From a phage, in the NCBI GenBank assembly GCA_021469345.1, contig GCA_021469345.1_3049.1: a DNA stretch of 64,000 nt. One strand, 5' to 3'. Below the pieces are notes generated by a model. It saw nothing but the letters and a program-made list of their open reading frames with translations. It made no database searches and was not told where the DNA came from. Positions within the stretch are counted from its first letter, which is position 1. Each line of letters opens with the position of its first letter. This document shows positions 26,447 through 37,408 of the stretch, in pieces. The position numbers and the translations under genes were made by a program.

Positions 26447-27462
26447 AAATTTTAAATTTAGGTGATTGGCATTTAGGCGTTAAAGCTGATGATGAGTGGA
26501 TTCGCGGTATTCAAATTGATGGAATTAAGCAAGCGATAGAATATTCTAAGAAAAATGGAATTACGGTATGGATTCAATATGGTGATATTTTTGATGTGCG
26601 AAAAGCAATCACACATAAAACTATGGAGTTTGCCCGTGAAATAGTTCAAATGCTTGATGACGCTGGAATCACATTACATACTATTGTAGGAAATCACGAT
26701 CTCCACTACAAAAATGTAATGCATCCAAATGCTTCTACTGAGCTTTTGGCTAAATATCCTAATGTTAAAGTATATGATAAGCCTACTACAGTAGATTTTG
26801 ACGGATGTTTAATTGATTTAATTCCGTGGATGTGCGAAGAAAATACTGGTGAAATTCTTGAACATATCAAAACTTCATCTGCTTCTTTTTGTGTTGGTCA
26901 CTGGGAACTGAATGGATTTTATTTTTATAAAGGAATGAAATCTCACGGTCTTGAACCTGATTTCCTTAAGACTTATAAAGAGGTGTGGTCTGGTCACTTC
27001 CATACTATCTCTGAGGCTGCTAACGTTAGATATATTGGGACACCATGGACACTAACTGCAGGTGACGAGAATGACCCTCGCGGGTTCTGGATGTTTGATA
27101 CAGAAACAGAACGAATGGAATTTATTCCAAACAATACTACCTGGCATCGTAGAATTCATTATCCATTTAAAGGAAAAATTGACTATAAAGATTTTACAAA
27201 TCTATCAGTACGTGTTATAGTAACTGAGGTAGACAAAAATCTGACGAAGTTCGAATCTGAACTAGAAAAAGTTGTGCATTCATTACGAGTTGTGTCAAAG
27301 ATTGATAACTCTGTCGAGTCAGATGACAGTGAAGAAGTTGAAGTTCAATCGCTTCAGACGTTGATGGAAGAATACATTAATGCAATTCCAGACATCACTG
27401 ATTCTGATCGCGAAGCACTTATTCAATATGCAAATCAGTTATATGTAGAGGCAACACAATGA
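26443..27462 (+). CDS. 47: recombination endonuclease subunit gp47 (Mre11-like)
   Basis: 339 aa; phosphoesterase motifs DWH, GDIFD, GNHD. Confidence 0.95.
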   Translation: MKILNLGDWHLGVKADDEWIRGIQIDGIKQAIEYSKKNGITVWIQYGDIFDVRKAITHKTMEFAREIVQMLDDAGITLHTIVGNHDLHYKNVMHPNASTELLAKYPNVKVYDKPTTVDFDGCLIDLIPWMCEENTGEILEHIKTSSASFCVGHWELNGFYFYKGMKSHGLEPDFLKTYKEVWSGHFHTISEAANVRYIGTPWTLTAGDENDPRGFWMFDTETERMEFIPNNTTWHRRIHYPFKGKIDYKDFTNLSVRVIVTEVDKNLTKFESELEKVVHSLRVVSKIDNSVESDDSEEVEVQSLQTLMEEYINAIPDITDSDREALIQYANQLYVEATQ

Positions 27463-27722
27463 CTTTTGATGAATTTAAAAATGTTATGATGAGTCAGCAT
27501 TTTGAATGCGAAGTAAAAGATGATATTGGACATAAAGAAATTATTGAATATTGGTTTGAACCACTAGAAGTTGAAGATAATTGTATTAAAAAGGTTACAG
27601 TCTGCACTGACTGGGCAGTATCTTTTAACTTCAACATTTTAGATAATGACACACCTAAATCATTGCGAGATATGGCCGTATCTTGTATTAAGGATGCATA
27701 CTGTGAAGTTTTCGACATTTGA
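27459..27722 (+). CDS. hypothetical protein
   Basis: 87-aa ORF between 47 and 46. Confidence 0.5.
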   Translation: MTFDEFKNVMMSQHFECEVKDDIGHKEIIEYWFEPLEVEDNCIKKVTVCTDWAVSFNFNILDNDTPKSLRDMAVSCIKDAYCEVFDI

Positions 27723-27909
27723 TATTAATGATGAATTCATAGCAAACATTGATTACACCGAAGAAGATTCTAGATATGTTGGAATAATTTATATTACATC
27801 AAAAACAGCACAAGGTGTTGTTTGCATGGCTGAATTTGATGAATACTTTTTAGATTATGATGATATGATAGAATGGTCTAAAAGATACATTAAAAGGAAT
27901 CTTTTGTGA
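27694..27909 (+). CDS. hypothetical small protein
   Basis: 71 aa from ATG 27694 (RBS AAGGA). Confidence 0.45.
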   Translation: MHTVKFSTFDINDEFIANIDYTEEDSRYVGIIYITSKTAQGVVCMAEFDEYFLDYDDMIEWSKRYIKRNLL

Positions 27910-29588
27910 AGAATTTTAAACTAAACCGAGTTAGGTATCAAAATATAATGTCAGTAGGTGGAAATCCTATTGACATTCAATTAGATAAGGTTCAAAAAAC
28001 TCTTATTACTGGACGAAATGGCGGTGGTAAGTCTACTATGTTAGAAGCCATCACATTTGGGCTTTTTGGTAAACCATTTCGTGACGTAAAGAAAGGCCAA
28101 TTAATAAACAGTACAAATAAGAAAGAACTTTTAGTTGAACTGTGGATGGAATATGATGAGAAAAAGTACTATATCAAAAGAGGACAAAAACCGAACGTTT
28201 TCGAAATCACCGTTAACGGTACACGTCTTAATGAATCTGCCAGCAGTAAAGATTTCCAAGCAGAATTTGAACAGCTTATCGGAATGTCATATGCCAGTTT
28301 CAAGCAGATTGTTGTCCTTGGTACAGCAGGGTATACCCCTTTCATGGGTTTGTCGACCCCTGCGCGAAGAAAGCTTGTGGAAGACCTGCTCGAGGTAGGA
28401 ACATTAGCTGAAATGGATAAGCTTAATAAAGCACTAATACGTGAATTAAATTCACAAAACCAAGTGCTTGATGTTAAAAAAGATAGTATTATCCAACAAA
28501 TTAAAATATATAATGATAATGTTGAACGCCAGAAAAAATTAACGGGTGACAACCTTACTCGTCTGCAAAATATGTATGATGATTTGGCAAAAGAAGCTAG
28601 AACGCTAAAATCGGAAATAGAAGAAGCTAATGAAAGATTAGTTAATATTGTTTTAGACGAAGACCCGACTGATGCATTTAATAAAATCGGTCAAGAAGCA
28701 GTTTTAATTAAATCAAAAATTGACTCGTATAATAAAGTCATTAATATGTATCACGAAGGTGGATTATGTCCAACCTGTTTGTCACAATTAAGTTCCGGTG
28801 ATAAAGTTGTTTCTAAAATTAAAGATAAAGTTTCTGAATGTACGCATTCATTTGAACAGCTTTCAACACACCGTGATAATTTAAAAGTTCTTGTTGATGA
28901 ATACCGAGATAATATTAAAACCCAGCAGTCGTTGGCAAATGATATTCGCAATAAAAAGCAATCTCTAATCACGACGGTAGATAAAGCTAAAAAAGTTAAA
29001 GCAGCTATAGAAAAAGCATCATCTGAGTTTATTGACCATGCTGATGAAATAGCACTGCTTCAAGAAGAACTTGATAAAATTGTTAAGACAAAAACTAATT
29101 TAGTAATGGAAAAATACCATAGAGGAATTTTGACTGATATGCTCAAAGATTCTGGTATTAAAGGCGCTATTATTAAAAAGTACATTCCATTATTTAATAA
29201 GCAGATTAACCATTATCTTAAAATAATGGAAGCGGATTATGTGTTTACATTAGATGAAGAATTTAATGAGACAATTAAATCCCGTGGTCGTGAAGATTTT
29301 AGTTATGCTTCATTTAGTGAAGGTGAAAAAGCACGAATTGATATTGCTCTTTTATTTACTTGGCGTGATATTGCTTCTATTGTATCTGGTGTTAGTATTA
29401 GTACATTAATACTCGATGAAGTGTTTGATGGGTCATTTGATGCCGAAGGTATTAAAGGTGTAGCTAATATTATAAATTCAATGAAAAACACTAATGTTTT
29501 TATAATTTCGCATAAAGACCATGACCCACAAGAGTATGGTCAGCATCTTCAAATGAAGAAAGTTGGTCGATTTACTGTAATGGTTTAA
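27906..29588 (+). CDS. 46: recombination endonuclease subunit gp46 (Rad50/SbcC-like ATPase)
   Basis: 560 aa; Walker A GRNGGGKST, central coiled coil with CPTC hook, C-terminal signature/Walker B LILDEVFD; GTG start. Confidence 0.95.
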   Translation: MKNFKLNRVRYQNIMSVGGNPIDIQLDKVQKTLITGRNGGGKSTMLEAITFGLFGKPFRDVKKGQLINSTNKKELLVELWMEYDEKKYYIKRGQKPNVFEITVNGTRLNESASSKDFQAEFEQLIGMSYASFKQIVVLGTAGYTPFMGLSTPARRKLVEDLLEVGTLAEMDKLNKALIRELNSQNQVLDVKKDSIIQQIKIYNDNVERQKKLTGDNLTRLQNMYDDLAKEARTLKSEIEEANERLVNIVLDEDPTDAFNKIGQEAVLIKSKIDSYNKVINMYHEGGLCPTCLSQLSSGDKVVSKIKDKVSECTHSFEQLSTHRDNLKVLVDEYRDNIKTQQSLANDIRNKKQSLITTVDKAKKVKAAIEKASSEFIDHADEIALLQEELDKIVKTKTNLVMEKYHRGILTDMLKDSGIKGAIIKKYIPLFNKQINHYLKIMEADYVFTLDEEFNETIKSRGREDFSYASFSEGEKARIDIALLFTWRDIASIVSGVSISTLILDEVFDGSFDAEGIKGVANIINSMKNTNVFIISHKDHDPQEYGQHLQMKKVGRFTVMV

Positions 29589-29643
29589 TTTATAAGAGAT
29601 TATGCTTTAATTTATTAGAGTATAATCTCTGTGGAGGAAAAAC

Positions 29644-29832
29644 ATGGAATATTCAACTGGACAACATCTATTAACTATTCCTGAAATAAAACGATATATT
29701 CTGAGAAATAATTTTTCTAATGAAGAGCATATAGTTACTGAATCTATGCTTAAGAATGCATTTAAATCAGAATATACGAAAATAATGTCCAACAGAAATG
29801 AAGCTTGGACTGTTACTGATTATTATGACTAA
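29644..29832 (+). CDS. hypothetical small protein
   Basis: 62 aa, RBS GGAGGAAAA. Confidence 0.5.
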   Translation: MEYSTGQHLLTIPEIKRYILRNNFSNEEHIVTESMLKNAFKSEYTKIMSNRNEAWTVTDYYD

Positions 29833-29841
29833 AGGTGTATT

Positions 29842-30231
29842 ATGACTAAAATTACTGTGAATTATACTGTTGATGTAAAAGATATTCAGCCAAAACACGT
29901 GCGTTCTGAATCAAATCCACAAAACCAAAATAAAATTCGTCGCGCATGGGTTTTGTCTCTTTCTGATAACGCAATGGAAGTTATTCAGAACAAAATTAAA
30001 TCTGCACCTGCTCGTCATGCGTATTATGAAGCTATCGATCGTGAAGTAAGTAATAAATGGATTGAACTAATGCGCAAACATACTACAGAATCCCTAAACG
30101 CCGGTGCTAAATTTATTATGACTTCATGCGGTGAACGTTTAGAAGATGAATATTGCGGTAATGCAGATGAACGTCTAATTGCTGCTGCTCAAATTGTTGC
30201 GAAAACAATTGCGGCTGATTTTAATCGTTAA
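29842..30231 (+). CDS. rpbA: RNA polymerase-binding protein RpbA
   Basis: 129 aa; position between 46 and 45. Confidence 0.8.
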   Translation: MTKITVNYTVDVKDIQPKHVRSESNPQNQNKIRRAWVLSLSDNAMEVIQNKIKSAPARHAYYEAIDREVSNKWIELMRKHTTESLNAGAKFIMTSCGERLEDEYCGNADERLIAAAQIVAKTIAADFNR

Positions 30232-30286
30232 TTGCTTTATTAAATTAGTTATAAAATTAAATCTCATTTGAATTGAAGGAAATTAC

Positions 30287-30973
30287 ATGAAACTGTCTAA
30301 AGATACTACTGCTCTGCTGAAAAATTTCGCTACTATTAACTCTGGCATTATGCTTAAATCCGGTCAATTTATTATGACTCGCGCGGTTAATGGTACAACT
30401 TATGCAGAAGCAAATATTTCTGACACTATTGATTTTGATGTAGCAATTTACGATTTGAACGGTTTTCTCGGTATTCTGTCTCTAGTTAATGATGATGCAG
30501 AAATTTCGCAATCAGAAGATGGAAATATCAAAATTGCAGATGCTCGCTCAACAATTTTTTGGCCAGCAGCCGATCCGAGTACAGTAGTTGCTCCTAATAA
30601 ACCAATTCCATTCCCGGTAGCATCTGTTGTTACTGAAATTAAAGCTGAAGACCTTCAACAGCTGTTGCGTGTATCTCGTGGTCTGCAAATTGATACAATT
30701 GCTATCACAGTAAAAGAAGGTAAAATCGTAATTAACGGTTTTAATAAAGTAGAAGATTCTGCTTTGACCCGTGTTAAATATTCTTTGACTCTTGGTGATT
30801 ATGATGGTGAAAATACATTTAATTTCATTATCAATATGGCAAATATGAAAATGCAACCAGGAAATTATAAACTTCTGCTCTGGGCAAAAGGTAAACAAGG
30901 TGCTGCTAAATTTGAAGGTGAACATGCGAATTATGTAGTAGCTCTTGAAGCTGATTCTACCCACGATTTTTAA
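30287..30973 (+). CDS. 45: sliding clamp gp45
   Basis: 228 aa; MKLSKDTTALLKNFATINSGIMLKSGQFIMTRA... Confidence 0.95.
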   Translation: MKLSKDTTALLKNFATINSGIMLKSGQFIMTRAVNGTTYAEANISDTIDFDVAIYDLNGFLGILSLVNDDAEISQSEDGNIKIADARSTIFWPAADPSTVVAPNKPIPFPVASVVTEIKAEDLQQLLRVSRGLQIDTIAITVKEGKIVINGFNKVEDSALTRVKYSLTLGDYDGENTFNFIINMANMKMQPGNYKLLLWAKGKQGAAKFEGEHANYVVALEADSTHDF

Positions 30974-30977
30974 TAGA

Positions 30978-30992
30978 GGGCTTCGGCCCTTT
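30978..30992 (+). terminator. intrinsic terminator GGGCUUCGGCCC
   Basis: GGGCTTCGGCCC then TTTATAATTT. Confidence 0.55.
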
Positions 30993-31024
30993 ATAATTTA
31001 CACTAAAACTTGAATGAGGAAATT

Positions 31025-31984
31025 ATGATTACTGTAAATGAAAAAGAACACATTCTTGAACAGAAATATCGTCCATCTACTATCGATGAATGTATTCTTC
31101 CCGCCTTTGATAAAGAAACCTTTAAATCTATTACAAGTAAAGGTAAGATTCCACATATTATTCTTCATTCTCCTTCTCCAGGAACAGGTAAAACAACTGT
31201 AGCGAAAGCATTGTGTCATGATGTAAATGCTGATATGATGTTTGTGAATGGGTCAGATTGTAAAATTGATTTCGTTCGTGGTCCTTTGACTAATTTTGCT
31301 AGTGCAGCTTCATTTGATGGTCGTCAAAAAGTAATCGTTATTGATGAATTTGACCGCTCAGGATTAGCAGAGTCTCAGCGACATCTTCGTTCCTTTATGG
31401 AAGCTTATAGTTCAAACTGTAGTATTATTATTACTGCTAACAATATTGATGGTATTATTAAACCACTTCAGTCACGTTGCCGAGTTATTACATTCGGTCA
31501 ACCAACTGATGAAGATAAAATTGAAATGATGAAGCAGATGATTCGTCGATTGACTGAAATCTGCAAGCATGAAGGAATTGCTATAGCTGATATGAAAGTT
31601 GTAGCAGCTTTGGTTAAAAAGAATTTTCCTGATTTTCGTAAAACTATTGGCGAGCTCGATAGTTATTCATCTAAAGGTGTTTTGGATGCTGGTATTTTAT
31701 CACTGGTTACTAACGATCGTGGTGCTATTGATGATGTTCTTGAGTCTCTCAAAAATAAAGATGTTAAACAACTCAGAGCTTTAGCACCAAAATATGCAGC
31801 CGATTATTCGTGGTTCGTGGGTAAACTTGCAGAAGAAATCTATTCACGTGTAACTCCACAGAGTATTATTCGTATGTACGAAATTGTCGGCGAAAATAAT
31901 CAGTATCATGGTATTGCAGCTAATACTGAATTGCATCTAGCTTATCTTTTCATTCAGTTAGCATGTGAAATGCAGTGGAAGTGA
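31025..31984 (+). CDS. 44: clamp loader large subunit gp44 (AAA+)
   Basis: 319 aa from ATG 31025; Walker A SPGTGKTT, Walker B IVIDEFD. Confidence 0.95.
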
Positions 31985-31985
31985 T

Positions 31986-32549
31986 ATGAGCTTATTTGAA
32001 GATGATATTCAATTAAACGAGCATCAAATTGCTTGGTATTCAAAAGATTGGACAGCTGTCCAATCCGCTGCTGATTCTTTTAAAGAAAAAGCTGAAAATG
32101 AGTTTTTTGAAATAATTGGAGCTATTAATAATAAAACTAAATGCTCTATTGCTCAAAAAGATTATTCAAAATTCATGGTTGAAAATGCATTATCACAATT
32201 TCCAGAGTGCATGCCAGCTGTATATGCTATGAATTTAATCGGTTCTGGATTAAGTGATGAAGCTCATTTTAATTATCTGATGGCTGCAGTTCCTCGTGGT
32301 AAAAGATATGGTAAATGGGCAAAACTGGTTGAAGATTCTACCGAAGTATTGATTATTAAGTTACTTGCTAAACGGTATCAAGTTAACATAAATGATGCAA
32401 TTAACTATAAATCAATTCTTACTAAAAATGGAAAACTACCTTTAGTATTAAAAGAACTAAAAGGTTTAGTCACGGATGATTTTTTGAAAGAAGTGACTAA
32501 GAACGTAAAAGAACAGAAACAACTCAAAAAACTAGCATTGGAATGGTAA
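31986..32549 (+). CDS. 62: clamp loader small subunit gp62
   Basis: 187 aa from ATG 31986 overlapping gene 44 stop. Confidence 0.9.
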   Translation: MSLFEDDIQLNEHQIAWYSKDWTAVQSAADSFKEKAENEFFEIIGAINNKTKCSIAQKDYSKFMVENALSQFPECMPAVYAMNLIGSGLSDEAHFNYLMAAVPRGKRYGKWAKLVEDSTEVLIIKLLAKRYQVNINDAINYKSILTKNGKLPLVLKELKGLVTDDFLKEVTKNVKEQKQLKKLALEW

Positions 32550-32550
32550 A

Positions 32551-32919
32551 ATGATTGAAATTACTCTTAAAAAACCTGAAGATTTTCTGAAAGTAAAAGA
32601 AACTCTGACTCGTATGGGAATTGCTAATAATAAAGATAAAGTTCTGTATCAGTCCTGTCATATTCTCCAGAAAAAAGGACTATACTATATCGTTCATTTT
32701 AAAGAAATGCTTCGTATGGATGGTCGCCAGGTTGAAATGACAGAAGAAGATGAAGTTCGTCGTGATTCGATTGCATGGCTGTTAGAAGATTGGGGACTGA
32801 TTGAAATCGCTCCCGGTCAAAGAACTTTTATGAAAGATTTAACTAATAACTTCCGAGTTATTTCTTTTAAGCAAAAACATGAATGGAAACTCGTTCCTAA
32901 ATATACGATTGGTAATTAA
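32551..32919 (+). CDS. regA: translational repressor RegA
   Basis: 122 aa; MIEITLKKPEDFLKVKETLTRMGIANN... Confidence 0.9.
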   Translation: MIEITLKKPEDFLKVKETLTRMGIANNKDKVLYQSCHILQKKGLYYIVHFKEMLRMDGRQVEMTEEDEVRRDSIAWLLEDWGLIEIAPGQRTFMKDLTNNFRVISFKQKHEWKLVPKYTIGN

Positions 32920-32923
32920 GCAA

Positions 32924-32945
32924 GGGGCTTCGGCCCCTTATTTGG
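32924..32945 (+). terminator. intrinsic terminator GGGGCUUCGGCCCC
   Basis: GGGGCTTCGGCCCC then TTATTTGG. Confidence 0.6.
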
Positions 32946-32997
32946 AGTATAATATATCAAGAGCCTAATAACTCGGGCTATAAACTAAGGAATATCT

Positions 32998-35694
32998 ATG
33001 AAAGAATTTTATATCTCTATTGAAACAGTCGGAAATAACATTGTTGAACGTTATATTGATGAAAACGGAAAGGAACGTACTCGTGAAGTAGAATATCTTC
33101 CGACTATGTTTAGGCATTGTAAGGAAGAGTCAAAGTACAAAGACATCTATGGTAAAAACTGTGCTCCTCAAAAATTTCCATCAATGAAAGATGCTCGAGA
33201 TTGGATGAAGCGAATGGAAGACATCGGTCTCGAAGCTCTCGGTATGAACGATTTTAAACTCGCTTATATCAGTGATACATACGGTTCAGAAATTGTTTAT
33301 GACCGAAAATTTGTTCGTGTAGCTAACTGTGACATTGAGGTTACTGGTGATAAATTTCCTGACCCAATGAAAGCTGAATATGAAATTGATGCTATCACTC
33401 ATTACGATTCAATTGATGATCGTTTTTATGTTTTCGACCTTTTGAATTCAATGTACGGTTCAGTATCAAAATGGGATGCAAAGTTAGCTGCTAAGCTTGA
33501 CTGTGAAGGTGGTGATGAAGTTCCTCAAGAAATTCTTGACCGAGTAATTTATATGCCATTCGATAATGAGCGTGATATGCTCATGGAATATATTAATCTT
33601 TGGGAACAGAAACGACCTGCTATTTTTACTGGTTGGAATATTGAGGGATTTGACGTTCCGTATATCATGAATCGCGTTAAAATGGTTCTCGGTGAACGTA
33701 GTATGAAACGTTTCTCTCCAATCGGTCGAGTAAAATCTAAACTAATTCAAAATATGTACGGTAGCAAAGAAATTTATTCTATTGATGGCGTATCTATTCT
33801 TGATTATTTAGATTTGTACAAGAAATTCGCTTTTACTAATTTGCCGTCATTCTCTTTGGAATCAGTTGCTCAACATGAAACCAAAAAAGGTAAATTACCG
33901 TATGATGGTCCTATTAATAAACTTCGTGAGACTAATCATCAACGATACATTAGTTATAACATCATTGACGTAGAATCAGTTCAAGCAATTGATAAAATCC
34001 GCGGGTTTATCGATCTAGTTTTAAGTATGTCTTATTACGCTAAAATGCCTTTTTCTGGTGTAATGAGTCCTATTAAAACTTGGGATGCTATTATTTTTAA
34101 CTCATTGAAAGGTGAACATAAGGTTATTCCTCAACAAGGTTCGCACGTTAAACAAAGTTTTCCAGGTGCATTTGTGTTTGAACCTAAACCAATTGCTCGT
34201 CGATACATTATGAGTTTTGACTTAACGTCTCTGTATCCTAGCATTATTCGTCAGGTTAACATTAGTCCTGAGACTATTCGTGGTCAGTTTAAAGTTCATC
34301 CAATTCATGAATATATCGCAGGAACAGCTCCTAAACCGAGTGATGAATATTCTTGTTCTCCGAATGGATGGATGTATGATAAGCATCAAGAAGGTATCAT
34401 TCCAAAGGAAATCGCTAAAGTATTTTTCCAGCGTAAAGATTGGAAAAAGAAAATGTTCGCCGAAGAAATGAATGCCGAAGCTATTAAAAAGATTATTATG
34501 AAAGGTGCAGGGTCTTGCTCAACTAAACCAGAAGTTGAACGATATGTTAAGTTCAATGATGATTTCTTAAACGAATTATCAAATTACACCGAATCTGTTC
34601 TTAATAGTCTGATCGAAGAATGTGAAAAAGCAGCTACACTTGCTAACACAAATCAGCTAAACCGTAAAATTCTTATCAACAGTCTTTATGGTGCTCTTGG
34701 TAATATTCATTTCCGTTACTATGATTTGCGAAATGCTACTGCTATCACAATTTTTGGTCAAGTTGGTATTCAGTGGATTGCTCGTAAAATTAATGAATAT
34801 CTGAATAAAGTATGCGGAACTAATGGCGAAGATTTCATCGCAGCAGGTGATACTGATTCGGTATATGTTTGTGTAGATAAAGTTATTGAAAAAGTTGGTC
34901 TTGGCCGATTCAAAGAGCAGAACGATTTAGTTGAATTCATGAATCAGTTCGGTAAGAAAAAGATGGAACCTATGATTGATGTTGCATATCGTGAGTTATG
35001 TGATTATATGAATAACCGCGAGCATCTGATGCATATGGACCGTGAAGCTATTTCTTGTCCTCCGCTTGGTTCAAAGGGCGTTGGTGGATTTTGGAAAGCG
35101 AAAAAGCGTTATGCTCTAAACGTTTATGATATGGAAGATAAGCGATTTGCTGAACCACATCTAAAAATCATGGGTATGGAAACTCAGCAGAGTTCAACAC
35201 CAAAAGCAGTACAAGAAGCTCTCGAAGAAAGTATTCGTCGTATTCTTCAGGAAGGCGAAGAGTCTGTCCAAGAATACTATAAGAACTTTGAGAAAGAATA
35301 CCGTCAACTTGACTATAAAGTTATTGCTGAAGTAAAAACCGCGAACGATATAGCGAAATATGACGATAAAGGTTGGCCAGGGTTTAAATGCCCGTTCCAT
35401 ATTCGTGGGGTGCTAACTTATCGTCGAGCTGTTAGCGGTCTGGGTGTAGCTCCAATTTTGGATGGAAATAAGGTAATGGTTCTTCCGTTACGTGAGGGAA
35501 ATCCATTTGGTGACAAGTGCATTGCTTGGCCATCAGGTACGGAACTTCCAAAAGAAATTCGTTCTGACGTACTATCTTGGATTGACTACTCAACTTTGTT
35601 CCAAAAATCGTTTGTTAAACCGCTTGCGGGCATGTGTGAATCGGCAGGTATGGACTATGAGGAAAAAGCTTCGTTAGACTTCCTGTTTGGCTGA
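32998..35694 (+). CDS. 43: DNA polymerase gp43 (family B)
   Basis: 898 aa; exonuclease motifs, polymerase motifs LYPSII and GDTDS. Confidence 0.97.
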   Translation: MKEFYISIETVGNNIVERYIDENGKERTREVEYLPTMFRHCKEESKYKDIYGKNCAPQKFPSMKDARDWMKRMEDIGLEALGMNDFKLAYISDTYGSEIVYDRKFVRVANCDIEVTGDKFPDPMKAEYEIDAITHYDSIDDRFYVFDLLNSMYGSVSKWDAKLAAKLDCEGGDEVPQEILDRVIYMPFDNERDMLMEYINLWEQKRPAIFTGWNIEGFDVPYIMNRVKMVLGERSMKRFSPIGRVKSKLIQNMYGSKEIYSIDGVSILDYLDLYKKFAFTNLPSFSLESVAQHETKKGKLPYDGPINKLRETNHQRYISYNIIDVESVQAIDKIRGFIDLVLSMSYYAKMPFSGVMSPIKTWDAIIFNSLKGEHKVIPQQGSHVKQSFPGAFVFEPKPIARRYIMSFDLTSLYPSIIRQVNISPETIRGQFKVHPIHEYIAGTAPKPSDEYSCSPNGWMYDKHQEGIIPKEIAKVFFQRKDWKKKMFAEEMNAEAIKKIIMKGAGSCSTKPEVERYVKFNDDFLNELSNYTESVLNSLIEECEKAATLANTNQLNRKILINSLYGALGNIHFRYYDLRNATAITIFGQVGIQWIARKINEYLNKVCGTNGEDFIAAGDTDSVYVCVDKVIEKVGLGRFKEQNDLVEFMNQFGKKKMEPMIDVAYRELCDYMNNREHLMHMDREAISCPPLGSKGVGGFWKAKKRYALNVYDMEDKRFAEPHLKIMGMETQQSSTPKAVQEALEESIRRILQEGEESVQEYYKNFEKEYRQLDYKVIAEVKTANDIAKYDDKGWPGFKCPFHIRGVLTYRRAVSGLGVAPILDGNKVMVLPLREGNPFGDKCIAWPSGTELPKEIRSDVLSWIDYSTLFQKSFVKPLAGMCESAGMDYEEKASLDFLFG

Positions 35695-35707
35695 TAGAAT
35701 AAATCTA

Positions 35708-35728
35708 GGGACCTCCGGGTCCCTTTTT
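35708..35728 (+). terminator. intrinsic terminator
   Basis: GGGACC-TCCG-GGTCCC then TTTTT. Confidence 0.7.
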
Positions 35729-35810
35729 CATACAAGTAATATAAATCTATACTTAGGAAAAATAGATGATTCTAGGTCCTGTAAATTCATTAAAATTTTT
35801 TCACAAAACT

Positions 35811-35840
35811 GTTTACATCCCCGTTCTTCCATGGTACTAT
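35811..35840 (+). promoter_or_regulatory. early promoter (GTTTAC-N18-TGgTACTAT), master copy of repeated promoter
   Basis: GTTTAC 35811-35816; TACTAT 35835-35840; upstream AAAATTTTTTCACAAAACT. Confidence 0.6.
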
Positions 35841-35874
35841 ACAACTATCAACTGATACGGATTTGGAGAATGAA

Positions 35875-36255
35875 ATGAAAATCGCTATTTTGGTTATTGC
35901 ATTAGGTCTTACTGGTTGTGTAGCTCAAGGACCAGTAGTAAATCAGTCTGATGTAGGAAAAATTGTAAACTGTTCAAGCAAATTTTATAATCCTAATGTC
36001 AAGTGTTATAAAGAAGCTCCAAAGCAAACAGTAGAACAAATGCAGGCGAATTTTGACGAAGCTATTCGTCCAGATGAATCTGCTCAAGCATATCGTAATT
36101 CTGATGTAATTACACGCAAAGAAAAAATTGAAAACTACTGCGCCGAAATTTGGGCTAATTGGGCTAATAATTATCAATGGCGTACTGGTAAAAATGCTCC
36201 GATGGAGTATGTAGTGAATTCTTATAATTCATGCGTAAAAAATTTGACTAAGTGA
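35875..36255 (+). CDS. lipoprotein (imm.1 position)
   Basis: 126 aa from ATG 35875; signal peptide with lipobox LTGC. Confidence 0.6.
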   Translation: MKIAILVIALGLTGCVAQGPVVNQSDVGKIVNCSSKFYNPNVKCYKEAPKQTVEQMQANFDEAIRPDESAQAYRNSDVITRKEKIENYCAEIWANWANNYQWRTGKNAPMEYVVNSYNSCVKNLTK

Positions 36256-36262
36256 GGAAAAC

Positions 36263-36514
36263 ATGGAAACTTTAGTAGCAGGTTCAATTTTTATGGTTTT
36301 AGTTTCAGGTGTGTTGGCTATTATTATATACATGCTTCCATGGTTTATCGCCTTGATGCGTGGGTCAAAATCGACAGTAGGAATCTTTTTCACATCTTTA
36401 CTGTTTAACTGGTCAATTATTGGTTGGTTTATTACATTTATTTGGTCAATTGCAGGTGAAACTAAAAAGTCTGCACAACCAAATCAAGTAATTATCATCA
36501 GAGAGAAGGAATGA
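36263..36514 (+). CDS. imm: superinfection immunity membrane protein Imm
   Basis: 83 aa, two TM helices; size and position between 43 and 42. Confidence 0.8.
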   Translation: METLVAGSIFMVLVSGVLAIIIYMLPWFIALMRGSKSTVGIFFTSLLFNWSIIGWFITFIWSIAGETKKSAQPNQVIIIREKE

Positions 36515-36660
36515 AAAGCAAAATTATAACAGTGTTGCTTTTAATCTTGATGATTATAATAAGTATATACTATAGTGTAACGGTTCCTCTTATGATTCCA
36601 ACTATTATTTTAGGTTGGGGTTTATTACTGTTACAAGTTAAATATGAATGTATCAATTGA
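36511..36660 (+). CDS. small membrane protein (49 aa)
   Basis: ATG 36511 overlaps imm stop; strongly hydrophobic. Confidence 0.4.
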   Translation: MKSKIITVLLLILMIIISIYYSVTVPLMIPTIILGWGLLLLQVKYECIN

Positions 36661-36667
36661 GGTTTAA

Positions 36668-37408
36668 ATGATTAGTGACTCTATGACAGTTGAAGAAATC
36701 CGTCTTCGTTTGGGGCTTGCATTAAAAGAAAAAGATTTCGTAGTTGATAAAACCGGTGTTAAAACTATTGAAATTATTGGCGCATCATTTGTAGCAGATG
36801 AACCGTTTATTTTTGGCGCTCTTAATGATGAATACATTCAGCGTGAACTTGAATGGTACAAGTCTCAAAGTCTGTTTGTTAAAGATATTCCAGGTGAAAC
36901 ACCAAAGATTTGGCAGCAGGTAGCATCTTCTAAAGGCGAAATTAACTCGAATTATGGCTGGGCTATTTGGTCAGAAGATAACTATGCCCAGTATGATATG
37001 TGTTTAGCTGAACTTGGTCAAAATCCTGATTCTCGACGTGGTATCATGATTTATACTCGTCCATCCATGCAATTTGACTACAATAAAGATGGTATGTCAG
37101 ATTTCATGTGTACTAATACAGTACAGTACCTGATTCGTGATAAAAAAGTCAATGCAGTAGTAAGCATGCGCTCAAATGACGTGGTCTTCGGATTCCGTAA
37201 TGATTATGCATGGCAAAAATACGTATTAGATAAATTAGTATCTGATTTGAATGCCGGCGATTCAACTCGTCAGTATAAAGCAGGTTCTATTATATGGAAT
37301 GTTGGAAGTCTTCATGTATATTCTCGTCATTTTTACTTGGTTGATCATTGGTGGAATACTGGCGAAACTCATATTGTGAAAAAAGATTATAACGGTGAGT
37401 GGAAATGA
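36668..37408 (+). CDS. 42: dCMP hydroxymethylase gp42
   Basis: 246 aa; thymidylate-synthase-like fold; matches remembered T4 gp42. Confidence 0.95.
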   Translation: MISDSMTVEEIRLRLGLALKEKDFVVDKTGVKTIEIIGASFVADEPFIFGALNDEYIQRELEWYKSQSLFVKDIPGETPKIWQQVASSKGEINSNYGWAIWSEDNYAQYDMCLAELGQNPDSRRGIMIYTRPSMQFDYNKDGMSDFMCTNTVQYLIRDKKVNAVVSMRSNDVVFGFRNDYAWQKYVLDKLVSDLNAGDSTRQYKAGSIIWNVGSLHVYSRHFYLVDHWWNTGETHIVKKDYNGEWK